Source: Myxococcales bacterium (GTDB taxonomy: Bacteria; Myxococcota_A; UBA9042; JABWCM01; BTVJ01). Taken from it: a stretch of DNA of 64,000 bases. Below are positions 45,567 to 54,833 of this stretch, piece after piece. The DNA lies in NCBI GenBank assembly GCA_045863395.1, contig BTVJ01000036.1:8856-72855 (forward strand), in the 5' to 3' direction. Below the pieces are notes generated by a model. The model was not told where the DNA came from, did not search any database, and saw only the letters and a program-made list of their open reading frames with translations. A program made the translations under genes and the position numbers. Each line of letters begins with the position of its first letter. Positions within the stretch are counted from its first letter, which is position 1.

Positions 45567-48500
45567 CTACTCCCGCACGACGCTTGCCTGCCGCTCCAGA
45601 CGGATCTGATACCCGTCGAGCTTGTTGTAGAGGGTCCGCCGGTCGATGCCCAGCAGCTCCGCGGTCTTCTTCTTGTTGCCCCCGCAGGCCTCCAAGGTGC
45701 GGATGATCGCCTCCCGCTCCAGCTCCGCGATGGTCATCCCGGGGCTGAAGGGCAGCCCGTCCCCGTCTCTCCCCACCGGCCGCGCGCTCACCCCCGACGC
45801 GGCCGCCACGATCTCGTGGAAGTGGGCGAAGCTCGCCGGCGTGAGCTGCTCCCCCTCCGCGAAGACGCTCGCGTTCTTGATGATGGTCTCCAGCTCCCGC
45901 ACGTTCCCCGGGAAGTCGTACCGCGCGAGCAGCGTCAGTGCGTCGGCGCTGATGCCCTTGATGCGCGTGAGCCCCGAGGCCCGGTTCTCCTTGATGAAGT
46001 GCTGCACCAGGAGCGGGATGTCGTCCTTGCGCTCCCGCAGCGCCGGTAGCTGGATGGGCACGACGTTGATCCGGTAGAAGAGGTCCTCGCGGAACTCCTT
46101 GCGCCGCACCTGCTCCTTCAGGTCCCGGTTCGTGGCCGCCACGATGCGCACGTCCACCTTGGTGGTGCGCGGGCTGCCCACCTTCTGCACCTCCCCCGAC
46201 TGGAGCACCCGCAGCAGCTTCACCTGCATCTCCAGCGGCATCTCACCGATCTCGTCGAGGAACAGGGTCCCCTTGTGGGCCACCTCGAAGAAGCCCCGCT
46301 TGTCGGCGCTCGCCCCGGTGAACGCCCCGCGAACGTGCCCGAACAGCTCGCTCTCGAAGAGGCTCGCGGGGATGCTCCCGCAGTTGACCGCCACGAACTC
46401 GTGGCTCCGCCGCGCGCCGTTGTAGTGGATGGCCCGCGCCACGAGCTCCTTCCCCGTGCCGCTCTCCCCACCGATCAACACCGGGATGTCGTTCTCCAAG
46501 AGCCGGTCGATGATGTAGAACACCTCGCGCAGCTTGGCGCTCTGACCGACCAGCGCCTCGTAGCGGTGCCGGCTCTCGAGCTGCTGCTGCTGCCGCGCCA
46601 TGCGGGTCTGGGTCTCCGCCAGCTCCAGGCTCGTCCTCTGCAGCTTCTCCTCGAGCTGCTTGTTCAGGTCCTCTACGCGCCGCTGGCTCTCTGCCAGGGC
46701 GTTCTTCTGCCGCAGGTTCTCCTCGAACAGCCGCGCGTTGCCGATGGCGATGGCCGCCTGGTCCGCGAAGGCCTCCATGAACGCCAGATCGACCTCCCCG
46801 AAGGCGCTCGCCTGGAAGCGGTTGTCGATGTAGAGCACGCCGATGGAGCGCCCCATGAGCCGCAGCGGCAGGCACAGGATCGACCGCAGCCGCAGGTTGT
46901 GGATGGACAGGTACTCCCGGTACCGCTCGTCCTCCATGGCGTCGACCGTGATGATGGGCTCCCCCTCCTCCATGACCCGCTCGGCGATGGACGTGCTGAT
47001 CTTGAACCGCCGGTTCTTGATGTTCTCCCGATCGATGTTGCGCGCCACCCGCACGGTGAGGCCATCGGGGCCGTCCTCCTCGCTGCCGAGCAGCAGGAAC
47101 CCCCGCTCGGCCCCCGTCAGCACGATGGCGGAGTCCATGATGAACTCCAACAGCCGCGTGACGTCGTGCTCCGTGTTCAGCCGCTTGTTGATCTCCAGGA
47201 GCTTCGCCATGTCGGCGCCGAACACGTCCGTGCGCTGCGCCCGCGCCGCGTGCCCTTCCAGCGCCTCGATCCAGCGCAGCTCGGCCATGGCCTCCCGCCG
47301 GTCGCGCACCCCCATGAAGGACTCGGCCAGCTTGGGTGGCAGCGGGCGCACCAGCCCCCGCAGGATCTCCAGCGCTGCGAGCCCGTGCTCGATGGCCTTG
47401 CGGGTCTCGCCCAGGTCGCGCAGCACACGCGCCGCCACGAAGCGCAGCGGCCACAGCACCTCGGGGCTGTCCAGCCCCTCTGCCGACCGCAGCGCGTCCT
47501 CGACCAGCTCACCGGCCCGATCCGGGGCGCCGTCGGCACGCACCCGCTCGGCCTCCGCCCGCAGCGTCAGCGCCCGGACCCGCAGATCCCGCGCACCGTG
47601 CCGCAGCGCCGCCTCCAGCGCCCGCCCCGCCCAAGCCGCCACGTCGTCGTGGGCCCCCCGATCCAGCGCGAGCTGCCCCAGCTCGAGCTGCACTTCCGTG
47701 ATCTCGTTGGCGCTCCCCAGCTCCTCGAACAGCGCGAGGGCCGCGCGCAGGTGCGCCTCCGGGTCGCCGCAGGCCCCCTCCAGCCGCTCGATCTCCCCCA
47801 ACAGCGACAGGTTGTACCCCTCGATGAACCGGTTCTTCTCGCTCCGGCACAAGGCCAGCGACCGCTCCACCAGCGCCCGCGCGCGGTCGAGCTGCCCCAG
47901 GTAGCGGTACACGTTCCCCAGGTTGTTGCAGTTCTTGAGCACCCCTCCACGATCCCCGAGCACCTCTGACAGCCGCAGCGACCGCTCGTAGTGCTCGATG
48001 GCCCGCTGGACATCGCCCCGCTCCTGGTAGACGACGCCCATGTTCATCAGCAGGGACCACTGGCGCGCCCGGTCTCCCGCACGCTCGGCCATCTCCAGCG
48101 CCCCCTGGTACTCCGCGAGGGCCTCGTCGTAGCGGTCCTTGCGGTGCTGGACGATGCCGAGGCACGTCCGAAGCGCCGCCACGTCCCCGGGGCGCCCGAG
48201 CGCCTCGTAGCGGGCGAGCGCCTCGCCCAGGGTCCCCTCCGCGTCCTCCAGGCGCCCCTGGTAGAAGGCCGCCAGGCCGAGCACGTGGGAGAGGCGCGCC
48301 CGCACCACTGGCTGCTGATCACCCTCGCCCAGCTCGCGGCGCGCCTCCTCCCCCTCCTCGATGGCGCGGGCGTAGTCGCCCCCATACAGCAGCGCCTGTG
48401 CGAGCCAGCTCCTCGCCTCGGCGCTGTCCAGCGGCCTGCGCCCGGCCAGGGTCGCGACCGCATCCCCCAGCCGGTCAGTGGCCAGGGCGAACGCACCGCG

Positions 48501-50789
48501 CCGAAGCTCCAGCACCCCGGCTCGCCTCAGCGCGTCGGCCCGCAGATCAGGGTCGGCCCCCACCTCCGCCAGCAGGCGCACGTAGGCCGCCTCGGCGCGG
48601 TCGAAGGCCGCGAGCTGGACAGCGGCATCCCCCTGCAGCACGAGCAGCCGCCGCCGCAGCGCTGCCCCTTGCACCCGCGTGTCGTCGATGGAGCCGATCA
48701 ACCTGTCCACGAGCGCAAACGCGGACCGAGCCGCCAGCCCCTCCGCCGTGTCTACGGCCACGGCCACCGCCTGATCCAGCCCTACCGGACCATCAGGCGC
48801 GCCGGCCGCCCGCAGCAGGTGAATCGCCCGCGCCACCCGGGGCTCGTCGCCGCTCTCCTGCTCCAGGAGCCCCGCCGCGACGACGTGCAGCCTCCACCGC
48901 TCGTCGGCGTCGACGAAGCCCAGCGCCGCCTCCCTCACGACGGGCGACGCCACGGTGCACGCGATGCGGTCGCCGCGCACGTCGCGGGACAGGAGGCCCA
49001 GCGACTCCAGCCGGTCGAGCGCGACCCGAACGCCGCCGAGGTCCTCCCCAAGCAAGGCCCCAAGGAGCGGAGGCGTGGCCGGAACCTCCAGCAGCGAGAT
49101 GGCCACCAGGGCCGACCGCGTCTTGGCGTCCAGTCGCTCGACCTTCCCCCGCAGCATGTCGTCCACCGTGCGCGGGAGCGCGGGCCGCGCGGGCATCTCG
49201 GGGGCAGCCGCCGCCTGCGTCGCCCCCACCGTGAGGTGACCGGCCTCGAAGAGGCCCCGCGTGGCCTCGACGAGCAGCAGCGGGTTGCCTCCGCTCAGCG
49301 CGTGCAGGACCACCGCCAGCCCATGAGACACGCGCCTGCCGGGAAACAGGCGCTCCAGCCACTGCCGCACGTGGTCGACGGCGAAGGGAGACAGCACGAT
49401 GTCGGCCCCCGCGTCGAGGGCGTCGGCGACCACGACCAGCAGCCGCGCCTCGGGGTCCACGCCGCCCTCCATCGCCCTCCCGATGGCCGCCATGACCTCC
49501 CGAGTCTCGCCGTCGCCGAGCTCCAGGCCATCGACGAGCAGCGTGGTCGGCGCCCGCCTCCCGAGTGACAGCAACAGCCGCGCGAGGGCGTCCACCCGGT
49601 TCGCGCGCGCGCGGACCGGGTCCTCGGCGACCAGGGCGGAGGCCTCGGATGGGGCCCACTCCGGCAGGACCCCGGCCAGCGCCGCGCGCTGGCCCTCGGA
49701 CAGGGCCTCCACCTCGGGCGCATCCCCGCCCGCGCCCAGTGCCCCGAGCAGCAGCCGCCGGACGGGCGCCAGCGTCGCCTCCCCGGGCGCGCACGTCGTC
49801 GCGATCACCCGCTTGCCCTCCCCCAGCAGGGAGTCTGCCAGCACACGCAGCAGCCTGGAGCGCCCCGAGCCCGGCGCGCCCGCGACGCGCACGAGCTGCG
49901 GAGGTGCCTCGAGCGCGGCAGCGGCCCGCCGGAGCGCCTCACCCTCTCCGCCGACGTCCACCCGGTCCACGCGGCTCACCCGCGCGGAGACGATCTCGAC
50001 CGTCAGGTGCGGTACGGGCCGCCCGAGCAGATCGGAGAGCTGGTCGAGGACCTCGGCGGCCGACGCGGGCCGCTCGGCGGCCGTCGGAGAGAGGAGGCGC
50101 CGCAGCAGCGGGGCGACCTTGCCCTTCGCCCCCACGGCCGCAGGCTGAGGCGGCGGCGCGTCGGGCAGGGTGCGCGGGTAGCGCGGGTACGGGTGCTTCC
50201 CGAAGAAGAGCTGCCACCCCAGTACGCCCAGACTGAACAGGTCGGACCGGGGCGAGACTGGGGCCCCGGCGAGGGTCTCGGGCGCCAGCCAGGGGAGCGC
50301 CCCGCTCACTCCGCCCCCAGCCGTCGGAGAGGACAGACCGAAGTCGAGCACCTTCACGCGGGGCGCCTCGCCGGTGGCCACCAGGATCACGTTGGCCGGG
50401 TTCAGGTCCCCGTGCACTCGCCCCTGCTCGTGGATGTGCAGCAGCGTCCGGGCAAGCTGAACCAGCACCTCGACCGCCTGCTCCTCGCCGACCTCGCCCG
50501 TGTCCACCCACTCGCCGAGCTGAGGCCCGTCGCACAGCTCCATGGTGAACGCCGGCCTCCCGCCCTCCGGGTCCTCGTGCAGGTCGTACACCTCGGGCAG
50601 GTGAGGGTGGGCCAGGCTCCGCAACAGCACCAGCTCGGCGCGGAAGAGGCCCGCCAGCTCGGGGCTCTTGACCCGCTTGAGGGCCAGGCTGCGGCCGGGG
50701 AAGAATCGATCCTCAACGAGGAAGACCTCCCCCATTCCCCCCTCTCCGATCTTGTGAAGGATCTCATACCGGTGCAGGATGGTCGTCAT
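45567..50789 (-). CDS. Ser/Thr kinase-STAND NTPase-TPR-GAF-sigma54 activator (AAA+)-Fis HTH fusion, 1740 aa
   Basis: [49 protein letters not shown] array; GAF ([16 protein letters not shown]); [44 protein letters not shown]. Start ATG 50789. Confidence 0.92.
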   Translation of the reverse strand: MTTILHRYEILHKIGEGGMGEVFLVEDRFFPGRSLALKRVKSPELAGLFRAELVLLRSLAHPHLPEVYDLHEDPEGGRPAFTMELCDGPQLGEWVDTGEVGEEQAVEVLVQLARTLLHIHEQGRVHGDLNPANVILVATGEAPRVKVLDFGLSSPTAGGGVSGALPWLAPETLAGAPVSPRSDLFSLGVLGWQLFFGKHPYPRYPRTLPDAPPPQPAAVGAKGKVAPLLRRLLSPTAAERPASAAEVLDQLSDLLGRPVPHLTVEIVSARVSRVDRVDVGGEGEALRRAAAALEAPPQLVRVAGAPGSGRSRLLRVLADSLLGEGKRVIATTCAPGEATLAPVRRLLLGALGAGGDAPEVEALSEGQRAALAGVLPEWAPSEASALVAEDPVRARANRVDALARLLLSLGRRAPTTLLVDGLELGDGETREVMAAIGRAMEGGVDPEARLLVVVADALDAGADIVLSPFAVDHVRQWLERLFPGRRVSHGLAVVLHALSGGNPLLLVEATRGLFEAGHLTVGATQAAAAPEMPARPALPRTVDDMLRGKVERLDAKTRSALVAISLLEVPATPPLLGALLGEDLGGVRVALDRLESLGLLSRDVRGDRIACTVASPVVREAALGFVDADERWRLHVVAAGLLEQESGDEPRVARAIHLLRAAGAPDGPVGLDQAVAVAVDTAEGLAARSAFALVDRLIGSIDDTRVQGAALRRRLLVLQGDAAVQLAAFDRAEAAYVRLLAEVGADPDLRADALRRAGVLELRRGAFALATDRLGDAVATLAGRRPLDSAEARSWLAQALLYGGDYARAIEEGEEARRELGEGDQQPVVRARLSHVLGLAAFYQGRLEDAEGTLGEALARYEALGRPGDVAALRTCLGIVQHRKDRYDEALAEYQGALEMAERAGDRARQWSLLMNMGVVYQERGDVQRAIEHYERSLRLSEVLGDRGGVLKNCNNLGNVYRYLGQLDRARALVERSLALCRSEKNRFIEGYNLSLLGEIERLEGACGDPEAHLRAALALFEELGSANEITEVQLELGQLALDRGAHDDVAAWAGRALEAALRHGARDLRVRALTLRAEAERVRADGAPDRAGELVEDALRSAEGLDSPEVLWPLRFVAARVLRDLGETRKAIEHGLAALEILRGLVRPLPPKLAESFMGVRDRREAMAELRWIEALEGHAARAQRTDVFGADMAKLLEINKRLNTEHDVTRLLEFIMDSAIVLTGAERGFLLLGSEEDGPDGLTVRVARNIDRENIKNRRFKISTSIAERVMEEGEPIITVDAMEDERYREYLSIHNLRLRSILCLPLRLMGRSIGVLYIDNRFQASAFGEVDLAFMEAFADQAAIAIGNARLFEENLRQKNALAESQRRVEDLNKQLEEKLQRTSLELAETQTRMARQQQQLESRHRYEALVGQSAKLREVFYIIDRLLENDIPVLIGGESGTGKELVARAIHYNGARRSHEFVAVNCGSIPASLFESELFGHVRGAFTGASADKRGFFEVAHKGTLFLDEIGEMPLEMQVKLLRVLQSGEVQKVGSPRTTKVDVRIVAATNRDLKEQVRRKEFREDLFYRINVVPIQLPALRERKDDIPLLVQHFIKENRASGLTRIKGISADALTLLARYDFPGNVRELETIIKNASVFAEGEQLTPASFAHFHEIVAAASGVSARPVGRDGDGLPFSPGMTIAELEREAIIRTLEACGGNKKKTAELLGIDRRTLYNKLDGYQIRLERQASVVRE

Positions 50790-50844
50790 GGTCCCCTCGC
50801 CGCGTTTTGCTGACAATCGCGGCGGATCGTAGAGGAACTGCACA

Positions 50845-50864
50845 CGATTGCAAGTCTCCAATCG
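50845..50864. promoter_or_regulatory. Candidate enhancer (UAS) inverted repeat
   Basis: CGATTG-8nt-CAATCG, about 80-95 bp upstream of the sigma54 -24 element. Confidence 0.4.
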
Positions 50865-50939
50865 CAAGCGGGCGGACGGGCGCCGGTTGCCCTCCACAAA
50901 GATCAATGATATCCAGCACCGATCCGCCCCCCGGCCCGT

Positions 50940-50955
50940 TGGCACATGGGCTGCA
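50940..50955 (+). promoter_or_regulatory. Sigma54 (-24/-12) promoter
   Basis: TGGCAC-ATGGG-CTGCA with exact GG-N10-GC spacing, pointing at ORF 51012 and divergent from a sigma54 activator. Confidence 0.7.
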
Positions 50956-51011
50956 CTGCTGGCGTGGAGCGTGACACCCGTAGCATCGGCCAACCCGTTG
51001 GCGAGGCGTGA

Positions 51012-51461
51012 ATGAAGCGAGCCAGGCACATCGCAGCCGCCCTGTTCATCGCGTTGGCCCTCCCGTGCTGCGACGGTGGCGGGGAGGACGTGTGCATCAG
51101 CCCCGTGCCCACCCCGAACGCCTGCCCCAACGGCCAGGGCCCGGCGGCCGCCGACATGGACGCGGCGGAGTGGAGCGGCGGCGAGCCGACCCATGCGTCG
51201 GACACCGGCGGCGGAGGGGGCGGAGGCTTCGCTGGCAGGAGCGACGCGGGCTCCCTGGACCCGAACGCGGGCGCCGTGGACGGGGACCTCGACGCTGAGA
51301 AGGATGCCTCGACCGGGGACGCCGAGGCGACGTGCGGCGAAGACGCCGATGGCGGCTGCCCTGACACGGCGGATCCAGATTCCGGCGACGCAGACAACCA
51401 GGAGCCCGACGGCGACATCGCGTCGCCAGACCTCGACCTGCTGGGGGAGGACGCGCCATGA
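51012..51461 (+). CDS. Small acidic low-complexity lipoprotein with an ISPVPTPN motif (1)
   Basis: RBS GAGG; signal MKRARHIAAALFIALALPCC; CISPVPTPNACP; Asp/Gly-rich tail. Confidence 0.75.
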   Translation: MKRARHIAAALFIALALPCCDGGGEDVCISPVPTPNACPNGQGPAAADMDAAEWSGGEPTHASDTGGGGGGGFAGRSDAGSLDPNAGAVDGDLDAEKDASTGDAEATCGEDADGGCPDTADPDSGDADNQEPDGDIASPDLDLLGEDAP

Positions 51462-51988
51462 GCCACCGACTTTCAGGCCCCCTGAGCCTCGCCTTGCTGC
51501 TGGCCGCCTGCAACATCAGCCCGGTCCCGACGCCCAACAACACGGGCGAGGGCGCCAATGGCGGCGGTGGCTTCGGGAGCGCAGACGCGGGCTGGGAGGA
51601 CCCCGGCGGCGAGGGCAAGGGACAGGACACGGCGGGTGGAGGCTGGCTCGACTCGGGCGGCTCGGGGGACTGGGGCTCCGGTGGCAGCGACGCCGCCGGC
51701 GGCAGCGCCGACGCGATGGGGCCAGGCACGAACGACGCATCGTGGGACACGATGGGCGGTGGCACCGGCGACGCGGCGCACGAGGACGTGTCGGGCCCCA
51801 TCGACTGCGGCCCGTGGGAGTGGGACGCGGAAGATGGCGCCGACGTGCAGTGTTGGCCCGACGACATCGGAGCAGGGGTCGACGCAGACCCGTGGCCCGA
51901 CGACGCAGACCCGTGGCCCGACGACGCAGACCCGTGGCCCGACGACGCAGATCCCTGGGCCGACATCTTCGGAGACGACGACATCTGA
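51458..51988 (+). CDS. Small acidic low-complexity lipoprotein with an ISPVPTPN motif (2) and DADPWPD repeats
   Basis: ATGA overlap with the upstream gene; RBS GGAGG; lipobox LLAAC followed by NISPVPTPN; Asp/Gly/Trp-rich tail. Confidence 0.78.
   Translation: MSHRLSGPLSLALLLAACNISPVPTPNNTGEGANGGGGFGSADAGWEDPGGEGKGQDTAGGGWLDSGGSGDWGSGGSDAAGGSADAMGPGTNDASWDTMGGGTGDAAHEDVSGPIDCGPWEWDAEDGADVQCWPDDIGAGVDADPWPDDADPWPDDADPWPDDADPWADIFGDDDI
51881..51964 (+). repeat. 21-bp coding tandem repeat (DADPWPD x3 plus one variant)
   Basis: GACGCAGACCCGTGGCCCGAC exact at 51881, 51902 and 51923; variant at 51944. Confidence 0.9.
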
Positions 51989-52032
51989 CGCGCCCCGCCC
52001 TCTGGCGCCACCCCTCCCCCTCGCCACGCTGA

Positions 52033-53316
52033 GTGACTTTGCGGACACTCCAGGTCATCGCCCGGGTCGCCCAGGTCCTCTTCTGGTCCTTCGTCGCCTT
52101 CTGCCGCTTCGCCGTCGGAGCCCCGGCGGCCCTTCTGCCGTCGGGGGCGCGCCGCCGCAGGGCAGGCGCCCTCGCGGCCAACGTCTTTCGCCGCTGGCTC
52201 CAGGATCTGGGCGCGACCTTCATCAAGGTCGGCCAGATCCTCAGCACGCGCCCCGACATCCTCCCCGAGTACGCCATCGCGGAGCTGGCGCTGCTCCAGG
52301 ACCAGGTGCCTCCGTTCGCGTTCCCCATCGTCGAGCGCACCATCGAGGCGGAGCTAGGCCAGCCCGTCTCCCACCTCTTCCGCCACCTGGACCCGGTGCC
52401 CATCGCGTCGGCCTCGGTCGCCCAGGTCCACGCTGGAGAGCTCCCGACCGGGGAGCGCGTGGCGGTCAAGGTGCGCCGCCCGGACATCGTGCGCACGGCC
52501 GAGCTCGACGAGGTGATCATGAAGCTCCTGGCGCGCGCGGCCTCCCTCCTCCCAACGGTCCACTTCCTCTCACCGGTGGAGTCCGTGAGCGAGTTCTGCG
52601 CCGCCATCCGCGACCAGCTCGACCTGACCAAGGAGGCGGCCAACAACCGCCGCTTCCGCGCCAACTTCGCCAGCTCCCCGGAGGTGCGCTTCCCGGCGCT
52701 CCACGAGGCGCTGTGCTCCCCTTCGGTGCTCACCATGGAGCTGATCGACGGCGTCAAGGAGGGCAGCCTGTCCACCATCGACGCGGATCCGAAGCGCCTC
52801 GCGCGCATCGGGAGCAGAGCCGTCCTGCAGATGATCTTCCGCCACGGCTTCGTGCACGCGGACCTGCACCCGGGGAACATCCTCTTCGAGCCGGGAAACC
52901 GCGTGACCTTCATCGACCTGGGGATGGTCGGCCGCATCGACCCTGAGCGGCGCCGGGCCCTGGCCACCCTCTTCTTCGCCCTCGCGGCCAACGACGGGGC
53001 CACGGTCGCCCGCATCATGTTCGAGCAGAGCCCCCACAAGGTCGTGACCGACTACCAGGCCTACGAGGCGGACGTCACGGGCTTCATCGCCACGTTCTAC
53101 GCAAAGCGCCTCGGCGACGTGGAGGTCAGCCTCCTCATCGGGCACGTCTTCCGCATCATCCGGCGACACCGCATCCGCGCCGAGGCCGCGTTCACCATCA
53201 TCAACATCGCCTTCATCGTGATGGAGGGGCTGGGCAAGAAGCTCGACCCGACCATGGACCTCTTCACGGAGACGATGCCGTTCCTGGCGGAGCTCCTCGC
53301 CGAGCGCCCGTCTTGA
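52033..53316 (+). CDS. ABC1/UbiB (AarF) family atypical kinase
   Basis: LGATFIKVGQILSTRPD (KxGQ), PIASASVAQVH, VAVKVRRP, HADLHPGNI and IDLGM. Confidence 0.93.
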   Translation: MTLRTLQVIARVAQVLFWSFVAFCRFAVGAPAALLPSGARRRRAGALAANVFRRWLQDLGATFIKVGQILSTRPDILPEYAIAELALLQDQVPPFAFPIVERTIEAELGQPVSHLFRHLDPVPIASASVAQVHAGELPTGERVAVKVRRPDIVRTAELDEVIMKLLARAASLLPTVHFLSPVESVSEFCAAIRDQLDLTKEAANNRRFRANFASSPEVRFPALHEALCSPSVLTMELIDGVKEGSLSTIDADPKRLARIGSRAVLQMIFRHGFVHADLHPGNILFEPGNRVTFIDLGMVGRIDPERRRALATLFFALAANDGATVARIMFEQSPHKVVTDYQAYEADVTGFIATFYAKRLGDVEVSLLIGHVFRIIRRHRIRAEAAFTIINIAFIVMEGLGKKLDPTMDLFTETMPFLAELLAERPS

Positions 53317-53342
53317 CACTCCACAGCACCGGCGCGTACTTT
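53313..53342 (+). promoter_or_regulatory. Sigma70-type promoter of the PhoH-family gene
   Basis: TTGACA-18nt-TACTTT. Confidence 0.55.
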
Positions 53343-53399
53343 CGCTCGCCGGCCCGCGACCCAGGCGAGCGGCCTATCGTGCAAGGAGGCCCCGGTCAC

Positions 53400-54728
53400 A
53401 TGAAGAAGAACTTCATCCTCGACACAAACGTGCTGCTCCACGACGTGCGGGCCATCTTCGCCTTCGAGGACAACAACGTCTGCATCCCCATCTACGTGAT
53501 CGAGGAGCTGGACACCTTCAAGAAGGACATCAGCGAGCTCGGCCGGAACGCCCGCGAGGTGAGCCGCCAGCTCGACCGCTTCCGCGAGCAGGGCCGCCTC
53601 TCCGACGGCGTGACCCTCCCGAGCGGCGGCCGCCTCCAGGTGCTCTTCACCCAGGAGCGCCTCCCCGAGGCCTTCGCGGTCGCCCACGCGGCCGACAACG
53701 CCATCCTGGCCGTCGCGCTGGACCTGGCGAAGCGAGAGCCCCACTGCCCCACGATCTTCGTCACCAAGGACACGAACCTCCGCATCCGCGCCGACGCCCT
53801 GGGCATCCACGCCGAGGACTACGACCGGGAGCGCTACGACATCAGCGAGCTGTACCCGGGCGCCACGGAGGTCTCCATCTCTGGCGCCCAGATGCAGGCG
53901 CTGTTCGAGAAGGGCTCCATCCCGCTGGACGGGCTCAGCCCGAGCGACGGAGAGCCCTTCTACGCCAACGAGTACATCCTGCTCCGCAACCTGGATCGCC
54001 CGGGCCACACGTCCCTGGCCCGCGTCAACGGCGACGTCAACGAGGTGGGCCCCATCACGCCGTTCCGCGACACGGTGTGGGGCATCCGCCCCCGCAACAA
54101 GGAGCAGCACTACACCCTCGACGCACTGCTGCGGGACGACATCAAGATGGTGACCCTGGTCGGCAAGGCGGGCACGGGCAAGACCCTGCTGGCAGTGGCT
54201 GCGGGCCTCTACAAGGTCACCGACGAGAGCTCCTTCAGCAAGGTCCTGGTCAGCCGCCCCATCTTCCCGCTGGGGCGCGACATCGGCTACCTCCCCGGCG
54301 ACATCGAGCAGAAGCTCACGCCCTGGATGCAGCCGATCCACGACAACGTGGAGTTCCTGATGGGGCTGTCCAAGAGCGACAAGAAGCGGGGCCGCAGCTA
54401 CCACGAGCTCATGGACCAGGACCTGCTGGCCATCGAGCCGCTCACCTACATCCGCGGCAGGTCCATCCCCAACCAGTTCATGATCGTGGACGAGGCCCAG
54501 AACCTGACGCCCCACGAGGTGAAGACGGTGCTGACCCGCGTCGGCGACAACACGAAGATCGTGTTCACCGGCGACCCCTACCAGATCGACAACCCGTATG
54601 TGGACAGCGTGAACAACGGGCTGACCTACCTCGCCCAGAAGTTCAAGAGCGAGAAGATCGCCGCCCACGTGTCCCTGTTCAAGGGAGAGCGCTCGGAGCT
54701 GGCCGAGCTGGCCGCAAACCTGCTCTGA
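53400..54728 (+). CDS. PIN-PhoH fusion (PhoH2/YlaK-like) protein
   Basis: ILDTNVLLHD..VIEELD (PIN), GKAGTGKT, GYLPGDIEQK, YIRGRS, VDEAQN and TGDPYQID. Start ATG 53400 with RBS AAGGAGG. Confidence 0.93.
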   Translation: MKKNFILDTNVLLHDVRAIFAFEDNNVCIPIYVIEELDTFKKDISELGRNAREVSRQLDRFREQGRLSDGVTLPSGGRLQVLFTQERLPEAFAVAHAADNAILAVALDLAKREPHCPTIFVTKDTNLRIRADALGIHAEDYDRERYDISELYPGATEVSISGAQMQALFEKGSIPLDGLSPSDGEPFYANEYILLRNLDRPGHTSLARVNGDVNEVGPITPFRDTVWGIRPRNKEQHYTLDALLRDDIKMVTLVGKAGTGKTLLAVAAGLYKVTDESSFSKVLVSRPIFPLGRDIGYLPGDIEQKLTPWMQPIHDNVEFLMGLSKSDKKRGRSYHELMDQDLLAIEPLTYIRGRSIPNQFMIVDEAQNLTPHEVKTVLTRVGDNTKIVFTGDPYQIDNPYVDSVNNGLTYLAQKFKSEKIAAHVSLFKGERSELAELAANLL

Positions 54729-54833
54729 CGAGCTTCAGCCCGGCCCCGTCGCCGAGGCTCACCCCCTCCGCGCTCCGTGGCCTGGTCCCCCGGGTCGACG
54801 GAGGACGAGCAGGTGCGAGCGAGGGAGCGCCCG

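Noticed and set aside
51881..51964. Possible CRISPR array
   Set aside because: The 21-bp units are contiguous with no spacers, are in frame in a CDS, and no cas genes are present.
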